Shown here: positions 1 to 13,294 of the stretch, in pieces
Layout of the letters: every line of letters begins with the position of its first letter
Position numbering within the stretch: the first letter of the stretch is position 1
The notes under the pieces: generated by a model
The model's database searches: none
The model's input: the letters and a program-made list of their open reading frames with translations, nothing else
Told to the model about the DNA's origin: nothing
Translations under genes and position numbers: made by a program
NCBI GenBank assembly: GCA_003344405.1
Contig: NOWV01000189.1
Coordinates: 62,001-126,000 of the forward strand
Length of the DNA stretch: 64,000 nt
Direction of reading: 5' to 3'
DNA from: Trichoplax sp. H2
Taxonomy: Eukaryota

Positions 1-407
1 GATAACAAAAACTCGAAGCAATGAATTTAAATTATCAACATGCCCTACTATTATTCTATTGAATTTATTTAATAGTATGCTCGTATTGATCATATCAATA
101 AATGCATTCCATCATTTTGGAATAGCGGTAAAAATAAAAAGGGAAGGAGAGGCAATCCGTCCATCCAATCATTAATCTATTCTCTAACATTGATCGCTAT
201 CGTTGAGTGAAGTTATCAATCTATAGGGACCTTTTAATTTCTAACTTATTAGAACTATTGCATTCAGTCCTCTCTCTATTTTAATAAAGCAAATTTAGCC
301 TATGCATTATTTCCAATTACACTCAATTTTATTCCGATTTGATGAATAATATAAAACTTAAGACGATAAGTTACTTAATTGCAACCATCAGGCAATTAGT
401 ATTTATA

Positions 408-533
408 AATGGTAATCCCATCAAGTTTGTTAATTAATCGACTAGTTGTCTTTCTGAGCCTTAGGTCAAGCATTTTTAAATAGTAATCCCATCGAGTTTG
501 TTAATTAATCGGGTTGATGTTTTTATGAGCCTA
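408..533. repeat. Two-copy ~70-bp diverged tandem duplication
   Basis: GTAATCCCATC(A/G)AGTTTGTTAATTAATCG...TGAGCCT at ~412 and ~483. Confidence 0.75.
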
Positions 534-3111
534 AAGTCGATTAAATGATATTATTTCTGTTTGGCAGGTAATTACAATCATTGATGACGAATTATCTTGA
601 ACTATACTCAACTAATATTGATGTTTTAAATAAAATATAAGAAAGATAGCCAGTCATCTGTTGAATTATGATATCAATCTACCTACCAGTAAATATTCTA
701 AATATTATTGGCAACAACGATAATAGACATAATAAATAGAAATGATGGAATATCCCTAGGACTATACGCATCTTCCATTGAGGTGATCAAGAGTTTAATA
801 TTACTTATACGTAGTACAAATAGACGCCCTCTAATGATGACGTCTTCAAGGATGACAGCTACCCTTAAGCCATCATTTGCCTTACTTCTGTGTGCATGAG
901 ATGATCAGAAAGTTTATTTAGTTGTATATTATTTTTACCTCTCATCCAGTTGGTAATTAATATCGACTAAGTAGTTTAGAATTCAATATATTGTCATCGA
1001 TATGTTTAAAAGTATTATTCAGCCATTGTCAAAAAAACAAATTAATTATGGATAGAATTGAAGTTAGCAGCGAGCTACTATAACATAATATACCGTGATA
1101 TTAATATATTCTACAGATTGATTTCATCCTATTTTCGTCGTCTTACATATCATTGTAGGATTGAAGCAGTCTTTAATCGCTAAAATAGTAACCTTCAAGA
1201 TAATCAATCTCATCATAATATCGTGTATCATGTAAAATCATAATGTACTATTAATTTATATGATTGAACTATCTCATAGATCGACTCATTCTTGAGGTAA
1301 TTAACAATTTTATTTAGTTGCTAATTGAATCTATTTTATGTTTATTATTCTCAGTATCATAAATAGAATGCTTAACGGTAGATTAAAGATAGTATGTGTT
1401 TTAGTAAAATTATACTATTCGAAATTATCAATTTTTAAACGAGTTATGACTTTCAATGCGTCCTATATCGCTAAATTATTTAATGAAGCCATTCCTTTTA
1501 CTGATTTATTATCGAGATAATGAAGATTCTAGTAGTTCTTATAATTTACTGCTTGGCTTAAAAACTAGGTTTCACTAAAATCATATTGTTCAAGCTACCA
1601 TAGTTAGAAATTTATTATCGAGGTAATTAAAGTCGTATTTATTCTATAGTATACTACGATATTAATGCATACTATTAGTTTTACCTCATATCTATTATTC
1701 TCAACCTCATAATAGGTTAAAAACAGCTTCCAATCTTCATAATACTGGCCTTCAAAATAATTAATTCAAATCCTAAAACATATCATCTATTTACTATCAA
1801 GCCATCACGAATATTAGCTAATTAATTCATTTATTACCAAGGTAATTTAGAGACATCAATTTTAAGTCATAGTAATGTATACCAGTGATTGTTTCATTAT
1901 CACAAATAATATACCCAACAAAAGGCTAATAGCAGTCTAGATATGCAAAATATCAAATTCTAACACAAATTGTAACATTACATTATATCATTAAAAGCAT
2001 CATAGTGAGCTGTTCATTAATTTAATTCATTATTCTCATCATCCTATAACATAAGCTATAAGATAGATGAAGGTAGTCTATCATTGCCAGAATAATATTC
2101 GTAAGGATTAACTTGCAGCCTACTCTCATTGCCATTACAAAATTCTCCATCGGCAACGTTCATCACTTAAATTGTTAAAATCGGAGAACTTTCTGTAGAA
2201 ATTGATGAACGCCTAGGCCAAAATTATTGTCATTAAATTATAATGTATCTCCATCTAATTTGTCTACTCCTTTGTAGAATTTTGATCTCCAGTCATTGAT
2301 ACTAAATCCAACAATGACATCATACAAATTGGTTAACATCTTCCAACATGGCGCAATGCCTTCACTACAATTATCTATTAATTATCAAGTCGATAGAAGG
2401 CTGTCACCAAATACATATGTATGTATTCTTCTCTTGACAAAGGTACACAGGAGATATTTCAGGGTTTTATTCTATCTCAAACTACTTATCAAGATTAATT
2501 TTCAGTAACAATTATGAACCTTTTCCTTTAAGCTTCATGGTGGAAACGATATAGACCTTCTCCTTACCCATTAATAGCAAAATAGCGAAGTCTCTTTATT
2601 GTAAAAGTAGTTCACTTTAATACTTTCTATCTCCATTCACGAGTAGCAGCAGAGTATTTATATATACATGCATGGAAATTAGTACGAAGAAAGAATATGC
2701 CTGTCCTATATTGTTAGACCTAAATTTGCACCACATTATGCTCTATTTTAAAATGCGTTAGAACGCGCATACAACACGATGTAGTCATGATCAAAACACG
2801 ATCTGACCTTTGAGCTCTCTTGTAATTTAGGTATCTAACTAATTTACTTCCCCTTACTGAAAATGAATTAGTTTTAAATTCTATAACCTAACGACAAGCT
2901 ATCAACCGTATAACTATCATTACAAAATATTTATTCTTTATGCTATTCTTTTAACCCCACGACAGAGAAATTAATGAATTTGAATCTTTCGTCATTATGT
3001 CAATAGCTGCTTTTCATATATCTTATTTTTACTTCAAAACCATAACATTGGAAGTAAAATTGGTTGCAATAAGTTTAAAGATCTCAAAACATTGCTTTGC
3101 TAGCTCTACTC

Positions 3112-3325
3112 AGGTACTCTATTGACACAGATTATTTATTAACTTTCAAGATCTAATGAAAATGTATGAGCCATGGAATAGTTAGATTCGATTTTTTAAT
3201 TAAAATAATAATAACAGTAATTAGAAGTCTATTCAGATACTCTATTGACATAGATTATTTATTAGCTTTCAAGGTCTAAATGAAAATTTATGAGCCATTC
3301 AACAATTAGGCTCGATATTTTAATA
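3112..3325. repeat. Two-copy ~122-bp diverged tandem duplication
   Basis: TACTCTATTGACA(C/T)AGATTATTT...CTTTCAAG...TATGAGCCAT at ~3116 and ~3238. Confidence 0.8.
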
Positions 3326-6300
3326 AAATGAAAGCAATAGTGTTTAGGATTCCAGACAATACGAGTAATATACATCAAGTATCACGAGTTAGGTATTCTG
3401 CCAGTATATGATATTGTTATCAGTGATACATAATTATATTTAATGTATTTTAGTAACATTTGATCTACTTATTTAGACCTTTAATTCTAACACCACAACT
3501 ATCGGTGCTCAGTAAGATGTGATATGGATAAATCTTATTATAATAACCTATTATAATCTAAATATTGCCTAATAATCTTGCCCTAGCTTCTTCAGCGCTA
3601 CAATCATTGACGTTGGGCTTACGCTGGATTATTAATTGGCAATTATAAGTATCTTTGTTATAGATACAGAACTGTCTGCTATTGCAGCTGCAAGTACTTA
3701 AACTTATAACAAGAGATCATTTCATCGTAGTTATCTACATTCATGATATTTAATTTAAGCGATATACTAATTGATATTAGCCATAAAAGAATCTTGATCT
3801 ACTTGGCCATATCCAATTTAGATTTATAATTATAGTCTATCAATGAAGTATAGTAGTTCACAGTATCTCAAGTTGCTCACTTTTTACCGAAGTCCTACAA
3901 AATGTTTTTATAATACGTTGTTAGGAGGTCCGGTAAAGCACAACAAACAAATACCTATGTCAATAGATAATAATTTTTAGTAACAGTCTAACACTATCTA
4001 CTTTTACTGGCATGCGAGCGTTGAAAGGAGTTAAATCATCGAAAAACTGCTAGGTAATATCTTTTCTATATTCCTTGGTTGGCTAAAATTCTATCTTTGT
4101 CTCGTCTAGAGATTGCATGGACTGGCCTATATTTAATATACCGCATTCCTGAACTAAGATATAATCATTAAAGTCTTAAGATTATTTTAGTAGGAATAAA
4201 GAAGGCTAATAAAGGATTCGAATCTTATTTTTGCAGCCTTAATTACTTCCTTAGTCATGCTTTTAATCATGTCATTTGCTAATATTGATTTAACAGCAAT
4301 ACATATAATATACTTATCATAAAATAAGTACTGCTATATTACAATAGTTCCATCAGCTTAGTAGAAATGCGCGATACCCTACATTTTATGAGTTTAACTT
4401 AAAATTAATGATAAAAAGAACTGTGCTAGTTAATCTTCAACTGCAATAGGTATTTAATGCAACAATGATAGTATCTGCATAACTAAATAAGGAAGGACGA
4501 TGTGTTATTACGGATCAAAGGACCGATTTCAATACTGTAAAATCTTTGAACTACAATACATTTGAGGATCTTTATTATTAGTCAAATAATAAATATTGTT
4601 ACATTTTTAATGAGAGTAATTCAATAAACAATATGTAAAGAGTAGAGAGAAACATGAATGAATTTTTATGTATAAATTGTACATAATGGCTAATGATAAA
4701 AATTGATCACATCACGACTAAAAGAGATATAAAACATAGCCTAGGTACAATCGACTAAAGTCTTCCGAGGACCTACGGCTATTTCTTTCTATATCAACCT
4801 ATACAGTCAATATTACCAATTAATGCAGACTTATTTCGATGCAAAAGTTTGTTGCCAAACTATAGCCTGGAAATTGTTTTAAAACGGCAGTTATTGGCAT
4901 CTTAGGAGGTGTAAATGAATGAATATTGAGCCTTAATCATTTTAATGTCAACTATTGTTTACGATTGACCTGCAAATGTCTTGAATCGATGACATCAATT
5001 TAAATCTTAATCACTATATAATACCGGAAATAACAGTAAAGACATCTGTACTAAAAATGCAAGTAAACTAAAAGGCTGACTGTTCAAGTAGGTTAAAATA
5101 AAGATATGTGAATAATTACGTTCCTAGTAATGCACTTTATGAGTATCGTCATCGATCGGCTATCAAGATAATGAGCCATGGAATCAATGATTTACATATG
5201 CCAATTAAACAAACAAATATCTAAACTGCCTCTTCTACTTCAGGCCTCATGTTAGCTTATTTTAATTGACTATGTCTTGACCAAATGAATTATTTATAAT
5301 ACTCTTTCAATCTATGTCAATATGTTGAATATCGTCATGTTGAATCAGCTGTATGTATTTGTATACCTATTACACGTAAACTAATCATAATCCTGGACGA
5401 AAATCATAAAGACATTGTTGTTAACTGATAATAAATTATATGAAACGTGAAAATGAATATTCTACTTAATAGATACAATACCGAAATAAAACATTGCAAA
5501 TAAAATTTCTATGGTACTGTACTTTAACTTCAGGTTGCTCAGTTCTCTGTTACTCAATACATGGAACTAAAATTTGAATGCATTATGAAAAGCTTCTTTA
5601 CTTGCAGCTCAATGCAAAGAAAATATTTCTCGAATACTTATACGATAACAAAGTCTACCTTCACTATAGCTCAAAGATAACGCGACAGTAGATTTATCAA
5701 ATACCAATAAGCAGAACGTAAAGTTGGTTGTTTATACATTACGTTTTATCAAGATTGAACACTTGGGAATTAATAAAATGTATCTTTAATTTAATTTCAG
5801 TGGGAGCACATCGAGTTTTATCATCGCTCATCGTATAATTATGATAAATTGCGAAAATAGCATTATTGATCCCAAATTTAAGCCTATTATTTAGGAACAT
5901 CTTAATAACAAATAACCTCATACAATACGCGCATGTAAATTATCAACAGCAATAAATAGAAGCCTAAAATAAATTTACAGTCCGCTAAGGTGATATTAAA
6001 AATACTAACGTATATCAAAAGATCTAATTAAAACGTCTGCACTTCATTACAGTAATTACAATGATTCGAGCTGTCATAGTTAAGTAAAGAAATAGTCGCC
6101 AATAAAAATCACGTTAAACACCTTTCCAATTAATACAGTAATAATTTTAAATTCAATCTCTTTTGAATATAATGCTAACATATACATGCGTATTAACAGT
6201 AAATGAATGATACAAAAGACAGATCTAAAAAGACCTTCTAATTCACTCATGCCATAATTTATGGGCTACAATTAGTATGTATCTATATTGCTACTATCTA

Positions 6301-6627
6301 CGGTAAATAACAGCGAGTACATTACACCGTAGCAATGTTATCGATAATATATTTACGTTTTTGAAAGGAATCATATAAAAATATTTGATATGTGTCTGTA
6401 TAATAAACACTGAGCTATAACGGACTACATAAAACTAATACCTCAATCTACCTTTCTTAGTGAGAATAGAACGAAAACTGGTTTTATAGCATTAGCATAT
6501 TTAAATGGTCAAAATAAAATAGACTCTTTTTCTCTCCGTCTGATAAAACATTTCTATATATGTATATAAAATACAGATATCAAACTGAATCATAGCCATG
6601 ACTAATCTAAAGATACTAGGAATATGC

Positions 6628-8534
6628 TTATTTTTTAGATTCAAATCTTTTCTTAGCCACTAATTGTCTGTAGGCTAAGATAGCCTTACTACGTTCGGCT
6701 AGGATACTTTGCTTTTCTGTAGTTGTCATATCCCGAAACTTTTTCTTTTTCCAATCGGCACCTCGATCATTCTCTTCTTTATTGTCGTAATCAACTTTTT
6801 TATCCTTTGATAGCAGCTTGTCAAGTAATAAATTGCTGGCAACCTGTAAGACGAGCAAAATTATATCTTTAATTGCTAACATAATACGCATCGTTAGATA
6901 GTAATGCAAGGATGAATCGTACAGCTTTTTCGACGCTTTTCCTAGGTTTTGCCGTTATTCTAGGAGGTTGTTGTACGACTTCACCAAATTTAATCTCGTC
7001 TGATTTAAATTGAAATCCAATATTGTGATATAACTCTTATCCACATTGTATGCGGTATTATGTATACTATAAATCTTGTTAGATTACCTTTTAGTTCTTT
7101 AAATTCGTCATGTTTATCATCTTTTTTCTTTCTATTTTTTTCCTTTAATTTTTCTCTACGCACTTTTAGATACCTGAGTTTAATTGTAGTAATGAAATTC
7201 TTTTTCATTCATTTTAAAGGTATAAATTCATGGTACGTATAAAAATGATCTTGCTGCGATTGTATGATGATGACTACATCGCAAATACACTGACTATACG
7301 ATCAGAACTATACTCTGCGTATAACGAAATCAGATCAAGCGGCCAGTCTACAGGCACTTATAAATCTGATCATAAAACTTTTGCAAATATACTACATTTG
7401 TCCATCTAACACACGAATAAACTTTAAGTTATTATATTTACTGCATCTCGAGTTAAGTACAATACCATCCCATTCAAATTGCATAGCGTACACAAAGATA
7501 ACCCTTTGACGCTAAAGTGTATTATGTATAAGCTCAAATCGACAGACATACTCTCTCCTTTTTGCTCTAATTTCTTTTAAATCTTTCATTTGTTCCGTTA
7601 CAATTTCATTTGCTTCGCGATCTATGCGATCATAGAATTTTTTCATGCTTTCATGAGGCTGTTTGGAAGCAAAATGGGGTTTGGGTTTCGATTTGTTAGA
7701 TACTTTAGTCGTAGGACCTAAGTCATAAGATCGTAATTTAGTAATGATATGACTATTATATTGTCGTTATTTTTCACGATTCTAGTTAATTTGCTAATGC
7801 TAATAAAGTTGAACTGGACCTGTGAAAAATACGAAGTGATCCAATACAATTTTACATAATAGCCCTAAGCCGTAGCACGCAGTAACTTACAACATATAAT
7901 GTAATACGCCAAAGATTACTCGCACACTGCAACAATACTATAGAGCACTATCAACAAATAGAAATAGTAGAGCAACGGTGTATCCCATTATAAGTCTCTT
8001 GTAATTATTAATAAAGCTATTTACTTTTACGAGGTCGAGGTTTCCTTTTTCTGTTTTCATTAGACTCTGGATTGTTCTTAAATTTTCTTTTAGGATGAGC
8101 GCCCTGTCTCTTGTCATTCGCTTTAGCCGCTGATGGTGGAAGATCATAAGTATCGCTTAATGAATGAAGACAAAATTTCGATTACTATAAGTAATGAGGT
8201 GATTTTTTACACAGTGTTTGCAATTATGAACAGAATCTATAGGCAGTTCAGCAGTCATTTCTTTAAACTTACGAAGAAATGATAGTCAATATCAGCGTAC
8301 ACTTAAATGCATACATGACTACAGTACTGTATGAGGTCCTATAGATTATTTATACATGTACAGTATAGTACTGTATATTACAAGGCCAAAAACATGATTG
8401 CTATCTTATAGCTGTTTTAATATTCCCTTTACTGCAAAATGATCTTTTTACCCTTTGCTATCTGCTTTTCTTGGTCCTCGATAGAAAGGATCGATGCTCT
8501 TTACTTTGCGAAATTTTTTTGCTGATTTCCCCAT
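6628..8534 (-). CDS. CCDC137: Coiled-coil domain-containing protein 137-like; 6 coding exons
   Basis: Manual splice assembly with consistent phases from ATG 8534 (exon 1 8452-8534) to TAA 6628. Translation: MGKSAKKFRKVKSIDPFYRGPRK...KQPHESMKKFYDRIDREANE...DEIKFGEVVQQPPRITAKPRKS...ILAERSKAILAYRQL. The D-x-(V/I)-KFGEVV-x-QPP motif and C-terminal ER-x-x-AI-x-AYR-x-L are typical of CCDC137. Confidence 0.8.
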
Positions 8535-9927
8535 AGAGTGAAAATTATCCCGATAACGCTATGGAAAATACATAAGAAGAAACCATGGTTAAAGTTATCT
8601 GCATAAGCTTTAACTTTCTATTGCTGTTGATACAACAGTTACCTAGAACGCGGAACTAAGAGTGATAATAGACTACGAAACCGAAGGATGGCTTCGGAAT
8701 TACATGTTTTAAATCATACTACCAATCGATGATTGTTACTACGAATAAGATTAGTCATCAATGCTAATAGTCATAGAGTTATATCACTAACATGAAATAG
8801 TAGTAAAATGCAATGCATTGATGAAAAATAGTAAAATGATATACTATACCCATCGTGGTACATTTCCAATACGAGCATGTGCTCACTGTAGCAAGTTAGT
8901 TTAGAGTGAGAGGACTAGAACTGCTAATAGACTATTTGAGAGTAGATAGCTTGCACTTTGCATGGTTTAATAGCATCAATCGATGCTCATTACTAGCTTA
9001 CTTACTCGCTAACAACTTATATGATACTAAATTTCAATAATCAGTTTGTGAGTCTATCTAAAGTTTGATTTGTCAAGCTGCTACTATTTCCAAAGTCATA
9101 AATGAATTTGAATCAGCCGGTGAGCGTCACAAATATGATCTAATATTATGATGGTAAGATTTAGTAGGTATAGCAGTATGATCTATCATGCTACTTAAAA
9201 ATTGAACTGAAGTAGTATTTATTTCATATATACCATTGCCGCCACAATAAATACAAGAAGTGGATGAAACGTAGGCTTGCCTGGACATCCTTGAATATCA
9301 ACAGTAATGATAACTAAAATGTTGTCTACTGTCGATTGCAATCATCCAGGTATTGAAATGATCATTTCATGCATACTCGTATGTGCTCTTATCCTAACGA
9401 CTAACATTACCACTGAAGCAATTTCCTATCGCACACTTGTATAAATTATATTTGGCGGGTATCAGAGGACTACAGGAGATTCATGCTATTCGCCATGCTG
9501 CATACTAGCCTCCATCCTTCATTGAATGTCATGATCAATATCAAAATAGATCAAAATGCCGGCAAGAAAGCAGCTTGCCATTTGACCTCATGCAAAGCAG
9601 CATTACAGCTCCTGCAAGCCGTAAACTAAGACATTGCACCGACATACATCTAACAAGGTCATAGTAAGAAAATTCAAGAATTGAACCAGTTGTAAAAGTA
9701 CATTAAGGATATATGCTGCTTACTTGAGAAATCTTTCTTTTCAGGTAGCTGGAGGCGATCCGAATGCTGCACAACTGGAGCAGCTCGTCTGTTGGAGCTC
9801 AGGCTTAAGTGAGTATGTTGGCTGCTCTGTGTCTGTATTAGTCCACTCGATCCTATACTGTACGTTATGCCGTTATCGCTGACTGGGTGGGCGTCAAAAA
9901 TTACAGTGCCTCCAGAATAAAAAGTAT

Positions 9928-10058
9928 CGTACACTGTACACTGTACACTGTACACTGTACTGTACGTTTTCAGTACAGTACAGTACTGTACACTGTACTG
10001 TACATACAGTACTTTACTACAATATATTGTACTTTACTTTACAGTGTACAGTACTGTA
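9928..10058. promoter_or_regulatory. Dense TACAGTA/TACTGTA/TACACTG cluster between divergent CCDC137 and NUBP1 (putative promoter element)
   Basis: More than 10 overlapping motif copies are visible directly. The regulatory role is inferred from position only. Confidence 0.5.
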
Positions 10059-10836
10059 GCTGGCGAGCTTACTTCTGACATCTCGTTGCTATGGTATGTT
10101 CTTATCAGTCCGCAGGATAACATACTATAGCTTATACCTGCAGCATCGGCTGTAACTGTCTATCGATTTGCTATGGTTTGCTGATATTGTTACTCTATCT
10201 TCCTCAGGTCTCCTCAACTTCATAGTCTGCCTTATGGTTAAAAGAGACAGTGCTTGCTGGAACTAGCGATGGACTAAACCTTATTTTGATATGATGTGTC
10301 TTTAGCAGTCTGCTCGTTTTGATAATGTTTCGTTTAATTAAGCTATGCCAGGGATTTGTTCGAGTTTTCTTCTTAAAAGTCCTAAACTCTGCGTGCATAG
10401 TATGGCTGCGCTGAGCTGCTTTAGTCGATCGGGTCTTACCATTGCCACATCCAATATAATTCATGTGCCTCATTTCCCTTTCTATACAAACTCTATTTTC
10501 TTACAGCTTGTTTGGTCACTCTGATTTACCCTGTCTGCCACAGTGTACAGTATTTCACGATACAGTCTATATACTGTAACCTACAGTTCTATGGACTGTA
10601 CGCCAGCCTATGCAATGGATTGGAGACCCTACCGAACAGTCGATTGGACTCAGTAGTAAACTACAGTATAGTCAACTCTGCTGAGTCATCGACTGCAGGC
10701 AGAATAGGGTTGCATCGATGCAGCCAAGAGCAATCGACGTTGGTTGGCTATGCTAGCAGGCCAAATTAGAATAATAATCGTTCTAATATTAATTAGCATT
10801 GGATTGCTGAAGAAATAACGTTAAAGAATCGTCAAA

Positions 10837-12859
10837 ATGGCCGATGTTCCAACCAATGCACCTATAGGTTAAAATTCTATCTGTAATCATGTAGGATCGT
10901 ATTATGAGTAGAAGAATTTGTCATGCACTTTTGAGTTGCTAACTTCTGCTACAATGCTCGGGCAGTCATTGCAGATTTGCAATCTTTTACAAGACAGGAT
11001 GTACTAGAAGTAGGTTATGCTTTTATTGATAAACCTTGAATGATACCTTTTCTACGTATAGAATGCCCCGGTACTCAGAGCCAACAAGCTGGTAAAGTTT
11101 CTGCATGCAATGGTTGTGCAAATCAACAGCTATGTGCTTCGGGAGCTTCATTACCTCCTGATCCAGGTATCAATGCTTACACGTAGTTTTGCTATTGCCA
11201 TGGATATCTGGTGACGAGGGATCGTTTAATAAATGTTTAAATCCTCTATTCGACAGCCATTGAAATTATTAAACAGCGCTTACAGACAGTAAAACACAAG
11301 TTACTAATACTATCTGGTAAGGGTGGAGTGGGTAAGAGCTCTTTTACTGCACATTTAGCACGTGGTTTAGCCACCAATGAAGATGAAGATGTAAGTGCTA
11401 ATGCAGTATTGCCTTATGCCTGTTTGTTGTTTTTGCTACCAAATTTCTACGAGTATATATCGAATCGTCAGTTTATCCTTCTCTCTCGATACAATAATGG
11501 CTTAGATTGCTATCCTTGATATTGATTTATGCGGTCCGTCTATACCAAGAATAATGGGAGTGGAAGGACACCAGGTAAAAATAAACCTGCTTATGTACAA
11601 TTTGGGTCCATGTATGCAATGATCAAAATTTTTAACATAGTCTTACTGGATGGGTTTTACTCGTTAAACTTTAACTCGTATACACATTGATAGGTGTTTC
11701 AAAGTATGTCTGGTTGGTCACCTGTGGTAAGAGAATGGTCATGTCATGTTGCAGTCAATAATTATTAATTAATCTATCACTTGATGAACAATTTTATTCA
11801 TAATAATCTATCCATTAACTTGCAGTTTGTCGAAGATAACCTATCCATCATGTCAATCGGATTTCTCCTATCTGGCCCAGCTGATGCCGTTATTTGGAGA
11901 GGTCCAAAAAAAAATGGTAGAACTGACCGTATTGAATTTGGAATGTTGAAAACTTTTAAAATAATTGTAAAAATTTCCATTCATATCTAGGTTTAATTAA
12001 GCAGTTTTTGAGAGATGTAAACTGGGGAGAATTAGATTATTTACTGATTGATACGCCGCCGGGAACCTCGGATGAACATATCTCAATTGCACAATATCTA
12101 AAAGGTGCTGGTGTTGATGGTGCTATTGTAATAACCACACCTCAGGTAGATCTAATATTACGATCGTATCACATACTCTAGCGTAAGGCTATTTTAATAA
12201 TGCAATTCAAAGTAGCTCACCTGCTGCATACTGCTTTTAGGAAGTAGCTCTTCTTGACGTTCGTAAGGAAATAAGTTTTTGTAAAAAAGTTGGTATTCCA
12301 GTTCTTGGTGTTGTAGAAAATATGAGCGGCTTTATATGTCCAAAATGCAAGGCAAGATGAATGTTTTGGTAGCGAATGATTTAAAATTGCGTTTCAATGG
12401 TAACCCAAATGTTGATTTAGCACAATTGAACATACTATTTACAGACGGAGTCGCAGATATTTCCCCCTACAACGGGTGGTGGACGGCAAATGGCAATAGA
12501 TATGGATGTCCCATTTATTGGTAAAATTCCGTTGGATCCAAGAATAGGTTATTAAAATAATCCTATTATATACTTTACCTAAAAACTTTTCGGTACCAGA
12601 CCCTTTCGTCAAATCTAAATTGATCTTGTAATTCACTCTTAGGCAAATGTTGCGATGAAGGAATATCCTACTTTTCCGAAGTCCCTGATTCACCCGCTAC
12701 TAAGGCCTACAAAAATATTATTGAAGGTCAGAATCAACATTTTACTAAATTCTAATGCGCGATACCTCTTTTCCTTACGTTAGTCCGCTTTTCTTTTTAG
12801 AAATTCGAAAATTTTGTGCTAGTAAACCTGCAAATGACGCCTCTGAAGTAGAAAACTGA
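10837..12859 (+). CDS. NUBP1: Cytosolic Fe-S cluster assembly factor NUBP1/Nbp35; 11 exons
   Basis: Exons 10837-10867, 11062-11166, 11257-11390, 11506-11574, 11694-11726, 11826-11916, 11991-12145, 12241-12351, 12445-12547, 12643-12726, 12801-12859. The N-terminal Fe-S motif [24 protein letters not shown] separates it from NUBP2. Also present: P-loop [48 protein letters not shown]. Confidence 0.96.
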
Positions 12860-13294
12860 TTAGCAATCACTTCTAAAACCTGCATATTGTAATTGTTGAT
12901 ATTTTTTAAACTTTTATCACATGATTAATTGTTGAGAAAAAATTTTATGCTTAATCCAATTATTTAATTGAACACTCGTATATTGACTGCATACAAACAA
13001 ATTCATCCTTGAAGAAGATTCCATGTGTAATTTCTGTCATTTATGTTCAAACAGGAAAGCTGACATATCTACGTAATTACTATAATTAACATTTTCATTT
13101 GCTAAGAGATACTAAGTTTATAAAGATGGTACTGTTTATTGAAAGATATGAATATCACTTTTTGGATTTTCAAATGTATAGATTATTTTACGGCGTTTTA
13201 GATTGTTTCAGCCTGATGATTGAACGTTCAATAAGTTTTGAACAAATAATTATTTTAACAAATTAATCAGCTTATTCAAATTTTCTGTTATGCA

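Noticed and set aside
1-6600. Short ORFs (60-70 aa) in the left AT-rich region
   Set aside because: They have no recognisable motifs and no consistent exon chain. The length is expected by chance.
9860-9927. snRNA or SL RNA suggested by an Sm-like AATTTTTG on the minus strand
   Set aside because: It has no U1/U2/U4/U5/U7/U11/U12 hallmark sequence, and the motif is common in AT-rich DNA.
9674-10769. ORFs rich in Y/S/T/V/C (9674-9955, 9887-10078, 10512-10769; likewise 56532-56843)
   Set aside because: These are translation artefacts of the TACAGT/TACTGT repeats.
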